Positions 13,388-26,095 of a DNA stretch of 64,000 nt are shown here, in pieces. Made by a program: the position numbers and the translations under genes. The notes below the pieces were generated by a model. That model did not search any database and was not told the origin of the DNA. It saw nothing but the letters and a program-made list of their open reading frames with translations. The DNA comes from Octopus bimaculoides (taxonomy: Eukaryota), in the NCBI RefSeq assembly GCF_001194135.2, contig NC_068981.1, positions 40,463,033-40,527,032 on the forward strand. Direction: 5' to 3'. Every line of letters begins with the position of its first letter. The stretch's first letter is position 1.

Positions 13388-14000
13388 NNNNNNNNNNNNN
13401 NNNNNNNNNNNNNNNNNNNNNNNNNNNNNNNNNNNNNNNNNNNNNNNNNNNNNNNNNNNNNNNNNNNNNNNNNNNNNNNNNNNNNNNNNNNNNNNNNNNN
13501 NNNNNNNNNNNNNNNNNNNNNNNNNNNNNNNNNNNNNNNNNNNNNNNNNNNNNNNNNNNNNNNNNNNNNNNNNNNNNNNNNNNNNNNNNNNNNNNNNNNN
13601 NNNNNNNNNNNNNNNNNNNNNNNNNNNNNNNNNNNNNNNNNNNNNNNNNNNNNNNNNNNNNNNNNNNNNNNNNNNNNNNNNNNNNNNNNNNNNNNNNNNN
13701 NNNNNNNNNNNNNNNNNNNNNNNNNNNNNNNNNNNNNNNNNNNNNNNNNNNNNNNNNNNNNNNNNNNNNNNNNNNNNNNNNNNNNNNNNNNNNNNNNNNN
13801 NNNNNNNNNNNNNNNNNNNNNNNNNNNNNNNNNNNNNNNNNNNNNNNNNNNNNNNNNNNNNNNNNNNNNNNNNNNNNNNNNNNNNNNNNNNNNNNNNNNN
13901 NNNNNNNNNNNNNNNNNNNNNNNNNNNNNNNNNNNNNNNNNNNNNNNNNNNNNNNNNNNNNNNNNNNNNNNNNNNNNNNNNNNNNNNNNNNNNNNNNNNN
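13388..14000. other. Assembly gap (N)
   Basis: Run of N. Other gaps: 23862-24118, 25298-25573, 36577-36586, 42170-42343, 45545-46114, 48811-48893, 59609-59647, 61062-61893. Confidence 0.99.
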
Positions 14001-14040
<40 letters not shown>

Positions 14041-14548
14041 ATCATCATTATCATTTATTTTTTGTGTTGGCTTGGGTTGGATGATTTGACAGGAGCTAAC
14101 AAGTCAGAAAACTGTACCAGGCTCTGTTGGCTGCTTTGGCATGGTTGGATGCCCTTTGTAATGCCAATATATATATATATATATCATCATCACCATTTAT
14201 ATTTGCTTTCTCAGATTTATGGGTTTCCTGGGTGTATACATGTATAATTATAATGACAGTCATCATCATTTTAATATCTACTTTTCCATGCTTGCATAAG
14301 ACAGACACAATTCTTTGTGGCAGATTTTATAATACTCACCTGTTTTCCAACAAAGTAATATTTCCCCAAAACTGGACACATTTACATGGAAGATTGGAAA
14401 TGATGGACACTGCTTGTATAACAGTGATGCTTGCTTACGACTATCAAGACAAAGGGACACAGACGCACACACACACATACAAATGTTTATACATAGGTGT
14501 ATGTATGTATATATATGTACATACAGACGGACAGATAGATAAAGGGAC

Positions 14549-14945
14549 AGGCATGGCTGTGTGGTAAGAACACAGTTCTGGATTCAGTCCTGCTGCATGG
14601 CACCTTGGGAAGTTATCTTCTACTATAGCCCTAGCCTGACCAAAGCCTTGTGAGAGAATTTGGTTGGCAGAAACTGAAATAAGCCCATTGTATGTATTTG
14701 TATATATATTTGTGTATGTGTGTGTGTGTTATTGTCTTCTTGCCTTGACATCACATGACGGCTGTAAACAAGTATCATTTTTATGCAAGAGAAGTCCTTT
14801 GTTTCCAATCTTTTGTGAAAAACATGTCTACCTGGAAACAGGTGGAGTTTGGTGACAAGGAGAGCATCCAGCTATAGAAAATCTGTTTCAATAAATTCCA
14901 TATGTCTCATGCCAGCATGGAAAAGTGAATGTTAAATGATGATGA
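14549..14945 (+). mobile_element. SINE family B head + internal (GT)n + RTE-like tail
   Basis: ggcatggctgtgtggtaagaa...gattcagtcctgctgcatggcaccttggg...cagaaactgaaataagccc, (GT)n, then gagcatccagctatagaaaa...catgccagcatggaaaagtgaatgttaaatgatgatga. Confidence 0.75.
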
Positions 14946-15224
14946 TTGGTGATATAATATTGTTTGTCATTTTACCTTTATATTTCTTTGAGTGTTTACT
15001 TTTACAAATAGTTACCATTCCTGCCACTAATTATTCGAGTGTGATGTGAGCAACTTGTTTGTAACAGCTGCTTTTAACTAATTAATTGGATCATAACACT
15101 CTTGTCGTTCAAGTGTGTTTGAGTGGTAGAAACCTTAACCTCTCTTAAATATCTTTAAGCATTTTCTGGTGGGTGAGGAGTAGGGAGACCTATTTTTATT
15201 GATTGTGGTTGTTGTTCTTTAGCA

Positions 15225-15625
15225 CCAGATCAGTTCTGGCAAAGCAGATCTATGATCAAAAGCATTCTAGTCATGGCCTCCCCATCGTTCTTTCAGGTGT
15301 TACATATTGAGAACTATGAGGGGGTGCTGAAAAGTTCCTGGCTTTGAGTAAAAGAAAATGCAGGAAGATCAGTTAATTATGATTTTACTCGACATAATCC
15401 CCTCTCAGTTTCACACACTTATTGCAGCAGTCCTTCAGTTTTTCTAAGCCCTGGAAAAGAACTCAAAAAGTTGAGCCTCCAACCAGGCCTTTCACAATAC
15501 CATTAAAGCCAGGAACTTTTCAGTCCCTCATATATTATTTAATGTAACCTTCGCTTTTTAAAAAGCAGGAGTATAATTTAAAGGAAATTTGACTGCTATG
15601 TCTAGCAGGTCGAGCTACCATGCAG
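15225..15625 (+). repeat. Unclassified interspersed repeat C, split by a mariner MITE
   Basis: cagatctatgatcaaaagcattctagtcatggcc... and ...aatttaaaggaaatttgactgctatgtctagcaggtcgagctacc flank the MITE; related copies at ~19380-19545 (-), ~22265-22500 (+) and ~62455-62655 (-). Confidence 0.55.
15317..15530. mobile_element. Mariner-type MITE, TA target duplication
   Basis: TIRs tgagggggtgctgaaaagttcctggcttt / aaagccaggaacttttcagtccctca, flanked by TA; second copy at 35448-35664. Confidence 0.85.
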
Positions 15626-18429
15626 GGTTTCCCTATTGCTGGTTCATTCTTTTTATGGATCTTCTAGGCTGCAAGCTACAATGTTTTAACTTCATTTTAT
15701 TCTACCTCCAGCTCAGCTCACTTGAAACAACCATCTCACTTTCCCTCAGCACCCTCTACATTGTCTCGCCATTTATGCCTCTGCACTAGATTTTTTATCC
15801 AATCCTTCTTAGGACTTCATTTTTCTGGAATTTTCTCCCAATTTACATTTTGCCTACAGATGTTGGCTTATAGATGTTTAAGCCAAACACCATCTGCATC
15901 AATCACAGCATATGCAAAGTACTATGGTTATAGCTACTTCTTTCTGACTAAGCTATAATGTATCATGTCAAATACACTCACATCCAGCTGACCAATTTCT
16001 TCCATGCTTCCTTGTCCTCCTTCGTCTCTAAAAGTCAGTTCTTTTTTTGTCAAGGTTTATGTCTCTAACAATTATTGCACATATATTTGATAAGATCTAC
16101 CTCTTCTTCTTCTACAATATTATAATTCCCAATATAATAGTTGATTTACAACTTCATCTTGTCATTGCCAGAAGTGTCCTACAAACTTAAGTATGTATTG
16201 TTTGATGGGTTTTTTTAATAATAGTACATTTTTGTATAATACACTGTTCAATAAATGTTGTGCCAAGAACATTGTGATATAAACAAGACAAAAACAAAAC
16301 AAAAAAATTACAAATCATCTCATTGCTCCTTTGCCATTTTCTGAATCTTGCATGTTTTGTACACAGTGATAAAAGAAGTTCTTATCAAGTGTAGTATTTA
16401 TGATAAATGAAAGAACTACTTACACTGGTGATACCACTGACCAATAATAAAACTAGCAAAAGTCACTTACAGCAAGGAATAATAAAAAAAAAATAGGTTC
16501 TGATTTAAAAGAACACTGTAACAATGATGTCATTGTTATGCAAATCATGTTAGCATTGCATATAAGTTGACCAAAACTATTTAAGAACAGCAAGTAATGA
16601 CAGCTCGACTTCTTGAGTAGTGCAGTATGACACAACACAACATCAAGTAAATAGAAGTGATATAAATAAGATTCTATCAGAACCGAGCCATATTCCATAA
16701 ACCCAAGAATATAATAAAATGGGCTGAAGGAAATAAGTCACACGGACCTATAACAGAAATTTAGATGAGTAATTTAAGGGATTATTTATCGTTTCCTTTT
16801 CCTCTAAGAGATATCCGATAACTTATTTCTCAAAATTCATGCTATTGGCTTATTTGAATTATTTCCTTAACTCATTCTATCTTTTAATTATACAAATTAC
16901 AGTTATATGGTTTTTTTATGCAATGGCCAAAATCTTTGATTTTCTACTTTAGTCAGTTAATAGATTTGAAGTAGCTTATACTTTACTTATAAGACTCAAT
17001 ATGGCTAAAACATACCTGTAGCTGTTACTTTACATGCTAACAGAAACTGGATTTTCTTCCAAATTTATAAATTATCTTTGTGAAATTAATTTTTTCATGA
17101 GAGTTGCTAACCACTACTCAGGAGGAAAGCGACACTTTTTGTTATTAAAAAGGAAATTTCAATTCTTTTTTGTATGTGTCATTTTGTATCTCACAACAAT
17201 TTATTTATCAGGCTTTTCATAATATTGCAAGGCACTTGATTTTGTATCCTTCAGGATTTTAAGGGTTTTTAAAAATCTTTTATCTAGCTGGATGGGATTA
17301 GTAATCAGGAGTCCTGAGAAAATTCCATTTGACAGATTTGCATTTTATCAGCTAAAATGTTTCACTCACTGATCCATTTAATACTAAAGAAATCAAGATT
17401 AAGAAACAGTCATAAGGTCACCTTGTATTTCGTCAAAGGTTTGAGGCTTTTAACTAATTTGGCCTGTCTTAAACTATATAACCCTAACTATATGGAAAAT
17501 GTCTTATAAGCTGTAAGGGCCCATGAAGGCCATGAGTTATCCCATTCCTACCTTCTTCCAGACCAAGCTAATAAAACGAGTAACTCTGAGAACAAAATTT
17601 TCTTAATCTATATAATATTGTTTAAGGGGAAATAAAATACTTCATCATAAAAGAATTTACAACTGTTGATTTCTTACCATCAATCCTCACTGCATATATA
17701 CATATATAAACACACACACATACATGTGTGTATATATTGTATGTTTTCATGTATTTGTGTGTCTGTGTATGTACTGTACTTAGAATTTGGAATTAGACTT
17801 TAAGAGTGATAGTTTTCTCACTGTAATGATTATGTTAATAAATAGCTTTCTTTCGATATGTCAAAACCTGAGGGTGTGCCAGCTTTGAGCTCTCAAAGGA
17901 TTTCCGCTAATGGAAATTCTTAGAAGCATTAGTAATGAATGAAGTAAAATAAACAGATAAATAAGAAAAATCTATAAAGAATTTCTTAAAATAAACAAAC
18001 AAAATGAATAAAAGAAATTACAAGTAAAAACAAAAAGCAAATGAAAATAAAATGCACTGAATGTGTAAAATGAATGTTGAAAATTTATAAATATTAACAT
18101 TCATTAATTTTAACATTTTTCATTCTATTTTGTTATTTAGGATTGCAGATGTCTTCTCTCTACCCTCATCTTTGTGTTCCCCTTCTCTGTTCTTTAATCT
18201 TCATTTTCACCAACTTCGTCTTTTTTCTCCTACTTTCACTTTAGCTTGTATCATCTCCTGATTTCTTTCCATTGCAATTTTTTTCTTTTTCTCATTCTTT
18301 CTGTTCTGAATCTAACAGTTCTTTCTTTATGTCTGTCTTTACTAAAATGTTGTGAATTTATGTATCTTATCCATTTCTGTATTCACCAGTCTCTCATCTG
18401 CCACTACTGTCTCCTCCAAATCACATCCT

Positions 18430-18860
18430 TCAGTATTGACTCCTCTAAAATGCCTTCTCCAATATTACATTCTCCAACATTATCTCATACATTTCTGTCT
18501 TCAAACACCACATCTTCTAGTATTTTGTCCTCTGACATTACATGATCTAACTCTGTCCTCTATCATCATATTCTCAAATACTGTGATCCTTCAACATCAC
18601 ATCCTCCAGTATAATATCGTCCTGTTATATACCCTAACATCACATCTTCAGTAGTGTCTCTTTCAGCTTAACATCCTCCAGTACTGTGCCCTTCAGCATC
18701 GCATCCTCCAGCATTCTCACTTCCAATGTAATATCCTCCATATATATTCTTTAACATCACATCTTCCAATAGTGCCTCTTCTTTCTCTTAGCATCTTCCA
18801 ATTCTATCTTCCAGTATCACTTTTGCCATGTATACTTCCTAATTCTATCCAACAACACAT
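18430..18860. repeat. Degenerate 15/30-bp minisatellite
   Basis: Recurrent units such as aacatcacatcttcagtagtgtctctttc / agcttaacatcctccagtactgtgcccttc / agcatcgcatcctccagcattctcacttcc. Confidence 0.65.
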
Positions 18861-21800
18861 CCTACCTATATCTACTTTCCAAAACTCTCTCTCTCCCCTC
18901 CTACTTTCTTTTCCATTCTGTAAATTATTCCTCTTCCTTTCTAAGATCACTGGGCAGTATAATTATAGAGATACAAAACAATGGGATGGCCACAGTTGGG
19001 AAGCAGTAACTCTACTACATATTCTCCTCTTCTCTTTCTGTCTTTCTCTACTTTTCTTCTCTACATTAATTTCTATTCTGTTTCTTTTTTCTCTTTATTT
19101 TTCATCTTTTTGTGTTTTACTGTATCTCCTCTCCCTTCTTTGAATTATTCTCTTTTGTTATGCCCTCTTTCTTTCTCTGCACTCCTCTACTTTCTGTTTT
19201 CTACCCCCACATCTTTTACTTCTATTTCCTTCATAAAGGATACAATGTAAAATGTACAAAACATGTGAAAATAAGCTTTAACTAACTAAGAATTATAAAA
19301 AGTCCAAAGTAAATAGTGATATGCATTGCAAAAATCAGTTTACAAAATAGGATTCATTTGTATACCACATGGCGATAAAGGAGCCTAAATACAGTTGCTT
19401 TACCTGTAATAAACAGCAGCTAAATTTTCTTGAAACCACATAGTACCATTTTTAGAAAATGGAAAGCATTGGATAGTGTTGTCTTTGGTATACTTTCTGG
19501 TAAAAGATAATAGGATGGTACAATGTAGAACACTTTAATCATATCTGTTTGATTTCAAAGCTGACTTGGGGCTAAACAACATCTACAACAACAATTTGTA
19601 TACCACAGGAAAAAGAAAATTAAGGAGAATAGAGAAGAAAAGCATTCTGATGTTTCGAGGAATGGCTTAAGGGTTCTGTTTACAGTTACCAGTCAATAAC
19701 CTTCTCATTTCTTCTTAAAGAACAACAGCCTTGCTTGAAATGTTGGAATTCCTTTCTGCTCATAGACAGACAGGATAAACATCTATTTTTCAAGGTTGTA
19801 TAATAATAATCAGATTAATGAATTCTGAAACATTTTTCTTTTGTTTTCTTTTTTTGTCATAATTATTCAAAAAGACGAGTATCCATCACCAACAAGAGAC
19901 CATAATAAGGTTGAAACTGCATGGTCTGATGGTCTCAATAGCTGGGATGGTAGGCAGTTCTCTCCCCACTTGCAATATATATTGAGTGCAAAGTGCACTA
20001 TTAATCATCTGGGAGAGGCATCCTCCTGGGGTTAAAATAGCTATATCATCTGTTCTTAGAGAATACCTATGTTTAGATAGTAAATATTTAAAAAGAAACT
20101 ACTGACAATTGAAACATCTAAATTAAGTCATTTACACACTAGCTTCTTGCAAAAGGACTCACACCTACTTTCTTAATCATTTGATTCAATTGTGCTCGAA
20201 GTAGCTATTATATAGAAAATAGGTCACTGGGGTTAATTGTTCAGAGTTGCCACTCATAAAAATATTAGTTAAGTTAATGTTAACACATTACGTAGTGAGT
20301 ACTGAAAATCTAACTAGAAATACGTATGTAATGAGGAAAAAGATTTGCTTCAATAGTTAATACTACTTAATCACTTTGACAAATAAGGGAGACAACTCTG
20401 GTCATGTTCTGGTCTTATTAGACCTCCTCAGTGAAACACAGACCTCACCATCCTTGCTATAGGCATGAAATAATTCCTTTACTGACTACTTTTTGATTTC
20501 AGTTTTAGATTATTTAAAGATTTTCTGAAGCAGAACTAGCCAGAACTGAACAACTTTTATTCAAATAAATAATTTCTAGATTAAATGAAAAAATTAGGGA
20601 AACATAGATTAAATAAATAAATAAGAGACAAATAAATTAAGTTTACTTGTAAAATAATCAGTTTAAACTAAGTAAGCCTGTTAGTTGGCCAGTTGTATAA
20701 GATGAATCAAGTGAGACATTGGACAGGGTGAAGCACTTTCATGTTTTGTGGGAAGGGGTGTTTTCATCAAATATGGTTAGTGTTTATATTAAACTAGGAC
20801 AGGCATTTGATCAAACAACTATTATAATTGGAGATGATATTTTTCCTACCACATCCTCTAGACTGGTTATTCACTGTTGACAAGTAATTATGACCCTACC
20901 TCAAAATGACTGCAGTATTATACTAACAGCTCATAGTTTTAATTCAATTACACTGCAAGTGTTATATTGTACATATTTGGATGATACACTTAATTTTATA
21001 CATCTCTGTTCACTTAGCAATAGATAATTGACATCAAATAATCTGGTAAAGTTACCTCAGTTAGATTTATGCCATATCCAGCTTCAGATTTATTTCTTAA
21101 CTTCTTAATGTCATGAAACTAGAACTAAGAACTATCCCAGAAAAGTTTGTTGCCTCCCAAGATAATTTGCATCATTACAGGGTCAACATAAACATATCAA
21201 AAAGTAGTTTATCAGAAAATAGATCACGCAATTGTAGTAGTTGGTAAAAATCCCTGTTAATGAGACAATATTATCTCGATGAAGGAGTTGGTGTGTTGTC
21301 TGAAGAAGCATCAATGCAATTAATTTGAATATCTCTTAAATATTCTTCAATCATGATTCTATGGTACTAGAATGTGTTTGCAACCAAGAATTATTATACA
21401 TCAAAGTGAAGGTGAAAAATTTATGAAGAGCCAATATTTGTTTGAAGAAATGTAGTTTGATCATCCAAGTCATGGAATAAGTTGTGGGCTCTGAGAGGCA
21501 ATTTCGATGCTTCAAAATAACTAGTTTGGACACCACTTAAGAAGACTACTGACATCATTACCAGATGGAAGAGAATGTGATGGTTAAAAGAAGTATTTCA
21601 GTACTTCCTGCAGCAGTCTCCTTTCAGAGTCAGTTGGATAAAGAAGAATGATAATAGACAGCAATGATTGTTAGTTTGTAAATTGTATTATCTATGTTTC
21701 TATTCTTGTTATTGTTCAAAGAATTTTGTCTACACTATAACTGGATTTTTTGTTTTTTGTTTTGATAATGTTAAAAACACTATCAAGTTTATTGAATGAA

Positions 21801-23667
21801 AAGACTAAAATGGAAAATAGGAATAATATGTAAACTTGGTATATATTAGTCTTTATTTTTAAAAATAGAATGAATTTCATATATATGCTTGAATTCAGAC
21901 ATAGTTTATGAAAAAAGAATTCAATTTGTTTTTATAAATAACATTTTTATTTGCTTTTGAGTGAAATATTTTCAAAAACTTGCATGGTTCAGATATTGTG
22001 AATCAAAATAACTAATGCTAAAATGTTATTCAGAAATATTTTAAGCCTCGTAAGCATAAATTATTAAGAGGAGACTTTCAATGAGTGGATGATTCAAACA
22101 GTTCATAGATATTTCATATTCAAAATTTTCCTAAAACCATTAAGCAGATATTTAATCAATTTTCTATAATTGATTCATGGGTAACTATTCAAAGATCCTT
22201 TAAAATATGCATACAAAATTTTGCTGTTTTGAATAAAATTAACCAGCGACAAAAGTGATAGTTTTTGAGTAGCCCCAGATCAGCCTTCACTGAATTGATC
22301 TGTGAGTAAAACCATTCCTTCATGACCATTTCATTTATTCATTTATTTATTTGTTTATTTATTTTGCATTGAGACCATTCTGTATTTAAGACTGCATCAT
22401 CTAAGTTCTTTTTAAAGATTATAGGGTGTGATTCGAGTGAAGTTTTGGCTATTATTGCTAATAAGCTAAGTGACCAAATAATAGCTCCCTCATTAGCTCA
22501 GTTTTGCAGAAATGTAACCTAATTGAGAATTTGGCTAGAAGACAAAACATTTTTATCTTCTATTACATCATTATCTCAATTAAACAAACTTGCTCTGTCA
22601 GAAATTTTCTTTTTGTTGATTAAACACTCCAATCATGACACTGCACTCCAATCATGACAACTTTGACTATTTTCTGACTTTGTGTATCTAGAATTATATT
22701 TTCAATTGTGCTCTTTTTTTTTTTTTTTTGTAAGATTAGTGTTTTATTATTTGAAACTGTTTTGGTTGCTATTTCTGGCAGATCCATCGAGTACTTGGAG
22801 ACTGCTTTGTTGGCCTGTTTTAAAAATTTGTGCATTTGAAAGATATTTAGTTTCCCCATATCAAACTTTGCTTTCAATAAAGCTATCATTTATTTGATAA
22901 GCAACATAAGACTGAGTTAATTAGGATAGACTGAAATAATATTCATATATTGGTAGCATTTTCTTGCTTGTCCTAAAATATATTAAAGTGATGTGGAAAG
23001 AATTGAGGGTGGCAGCTCCATATTGTTAGTGCGAATTTTGCTTTAAATAGTAAGTATAAAAGCTGATTGAGGTTAATATTATGTTCAATGAGGCAGAATT
23101 GACATAGTTACCATATAATAATAGGATGGAATGAAAACTAACTTAATACAAAGCTTCTGTAGGTGTGGACAGTTGAAACCAGAAATGTTTGTAAATTTTA
23201 CCAATCATCTTGATACAACGTAAAAAGAAAAGAAGGAAGCAAATATTTGAAGTTTAATTTTCAATAGTCAAACAATTAATATTAGTATAACATTGGTGAT
23301 TTCTTTCTTTTTTTTTTTTTTTTTTTTTTCATGTAATTTCAGTATCATAACAAGTATATTGCTACTTTCTACTATTTTTAATAGCAGATAGTAACTTTAC
23401 AGTTCTAGTAGCTTTGTTTGTTTCAATTACAGTATTAGATATCATGTTGGTAGTTCATAAAGATTTTTTGATTATATCAGATACTGAAGAAATATATGAA
23501 ACGAAAAAACCAGAATTAGAATGCAAATCCTTCAAATTCACAACTAGCTAGCAGCAAACATAGTTTGGTCAATAAATTAAATTAGTCTTTAAATACTCTA
23601 GTTTCTGATCAATAACATAAAATAGCAATACCAATATATATATGTGTATGTGTATATATACATATGT

Positions 23668-23712
<45 letters not shown>

Positions 23713-24595
23713 CAAATAGTAAATGAGTATATGCATATATACGTACAGGTATGTGCATACCAACATCCACCTGTATGTATAGGTGCATATCTGGGTACAG
23801 GACATTGCAAACAAAACGTAGACGAGAAAACACACAAGCCACATAGAGAACATTTTTCTTCNNNNNNNNNNNNNNNNNNNNNNNNNNNNNNNNNNNNNNN
23901 NNNNNNNNNNNNNNNNNNNNNNNNNNNNNNNNNNNNNNNNNNNNNNNNNNNNNNNNNNNNNNNNNNNNNNNNNNNNNNNNNNNNNNNNNNNNNNNNNNNN
24001 NNNNNNNNNNNNNNNNNNNNNNNNNNNNNNNNNNNNNNNNNNNNNNNNNNNNNNNNNNNNNNNNNNNNNNNNNNNNNNNNNNNNNNNNNNNNNNNNNNNN
24101 NNNNNNNNNNNNNNNNNNAGGATTATTGACCGGAAGCATGACCATGCCGGTGTAAGGGGAAGAGAGAGAGAGTGGTAGAGGGAGAAACAAAGGGAGGAAG
24201 TAGAAGAATAGGTAAGCAATGAGAGGAAAAGAGAAAGAGAGGAAGTACGAGGGGGGAAAAGGAGATACATAGTAGTAACAGAGGAAGAACAAGAGGGGTA
24301 AAGAGAGATACGTAGTAGTAAACAGAGGAAGAACGAGAGGGGGAAAAATTGAGGAGGAAGAGAAAGAGAAAGAGATAGAGTAGCGTCGGAAAATATAAAG
24401 TTACGAAGTGGTAGTATATGTATGTATATTGATAGCATTAGTCAAGCATAAAGTTTATTTTGTTCTTTAGATATTAAATTCTTGTGTTACAAGAATGGGG
24501 TTTTGTTTAAAAACTCACCCATTTTTTGACCAATAGTAGTGTTACAATATTCATAGTTTACACTGGGATCACTGTATAAGATTTCTATATACAGG

Positions 24596-25280
24596 CACAG
24601 GTGTGACCGTGTGGGTAAGAAATTTGCTTCCCAACCACATGGTTCTGGATTCAGTCCCACTGCATGGCACCTTGGGCAAGTGTCTTCTGCTATAGCCTCA
24701 GGCCAACCAAAGCCTTGTGAGTTGATTTGGTAACCAGAAACTGAAAGAAGCTCATCGTGAGATCTTTGGAGATATGCTGTGATTGAGAAGACCCAGCAAA
24801 TAAAGTGGGATCATAGCCATGGCAGATTCCAGTGTCACATAACCAGCCCATTTAAAAGTGCCCTTGAATTATCAGGTAATATGCTGCCTGTTGAGTCAAG
24901 CGAAATTGTAGTCATGGTTGATGTCAGTGCTGCCTCACTGGCACCTGTGCTGGTGGCACATAATAAGCACCTTTCGAGCATAGATCAATGCCAGTGCTGC
25001 CTGACTGGCTCCCCATACCAGTGACACAAAGAAAGTACCATTCAAACGTAGTTGATGCAAGTGCCCCCTGACTGGTTCCCATACTGGTGGCACATAAAAA
25101 GCACCCACTACATTCTTGGAGTGGTTGGTGTTAGGAATGGCATCCAGCTGTAGAAACCTTGCCAGATCAGATTGGAGCCTGGTGCAGCCTACTCGCTTGT
25201 CAATCAATCTTCAGTCAGACAATCCAAACCATGCCAGCAGAGAAAACAGGCATTAAACAATGATAATGATGATGATATCA
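24596..25280 (+). mobile_element. SINE family B head followed by RTE 3'-tail repeat
   Basis: gtgtgggtaagaaatttgcttcccaaccacatggttctggattcagtcccactgcatggcaccttggg... to 24765, then tandem cactggcac units and ggcatccagctgtagaaacc...cattaaacaatgataatgatgatg. Confidence 0.75.
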
Positions 25281-25573
25281 TCATATATATATATATANNN
25301 NNNNNNNNNNNNNNNNNNNNNNNNNNNNNNNNNNNNNNNNNNNNNNNNNNNNNNNNNNNNNNNNNNNNNNNNNNNNNNNNNNNNNNNNNNNNNNNNNNNN
25401 NNNNNNNNNNNNNNNNNNNNNNNNNNNNNNNNNNNNNNNNNNNNNNNNNNNNNNNNNNNNNNNNNNNNNNNNNNNNNNNNNNNNNNNNNNNNNNNNNNNN
25501 NNNNNNNNNNNNNNNNNNNNNNNNNNNNNNNNNNNNNNNNNNNNNNNNNNNNNNNNNNNNNNNNNNNNNNNNN

Positions 25574-25850
25574 TATGTATGTATGTATGTATGTATGTAT
25601 GTATGTATGTATGTATGTATGTATGTATATGTATATATGTATATGTTTGCGTGTCCATTTGTCCCCGCCACCATCGCTTGACAACTGATGTTGGTGTGTT
25701 TACATCCCCAGAAATTAGCGGTTCAGCAAAAGAAACTGATCAAATAAGTACTAGGCTAACAAAGAATAAGTCTTGGGGTCAGTTTGTTCGATTAAAGGCG
25801 GTGCTCCAGCATGGCCACAGTCAAATGACTGAAACAAGTAAAAGTATAAA
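25574..25850 (+). mobile_element. (ATGT)n plus 3' half of SINE family B (tail ...gactgaaacaagtaaaag)
   Basis: ttgtccccgccaccatcgcttgacaactgatgttgg...aaggcggtgctccagcatggccacagtcaaatgactgaaacaagtaaaag; homologous to ~49650-49850. Confidence 0.7.
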
Positions 25851-25889
25851 AGGACACTCCTGTTTTGCATATCATGATAATACCAGAGT

Positions 25890-26095
25890 TTTGTCTTCTT
25901 TTAGTCTTTGCTAAGTTTATTTTGAGGCCTCTTGATTCTAATATTTGCTTCTATGTCAGGAATTCTTCCCCTTAGTCTTCTACAGATCTGAGTAAAAGAA
26001 ACCAGCTCATCAGTATGCAGGAGTCCCCATAGGTAGCCAGTCGTGAACTCTTCTGTTATGACAAGAAATTTGTCCATGTGCTAGCATTTGCTAAA
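25890..26095 (-). mobile_element. Decayed RTE reverse-transcriptase fragment (YADD region)
   Basis: Minus strand EEFTTGYLWGLLHTDELVS resembles RTE REFRTGCPWELLYADDLVL; then LESRGLKINLAKTK in another frame. Confidence 0.7.

Noticed and set aside
22620-22889. 89-aa minus ORF MIALLKAKFDMG...
   Set aside because: Spans a poly-T tract, has no motif and no supporting splice signals.
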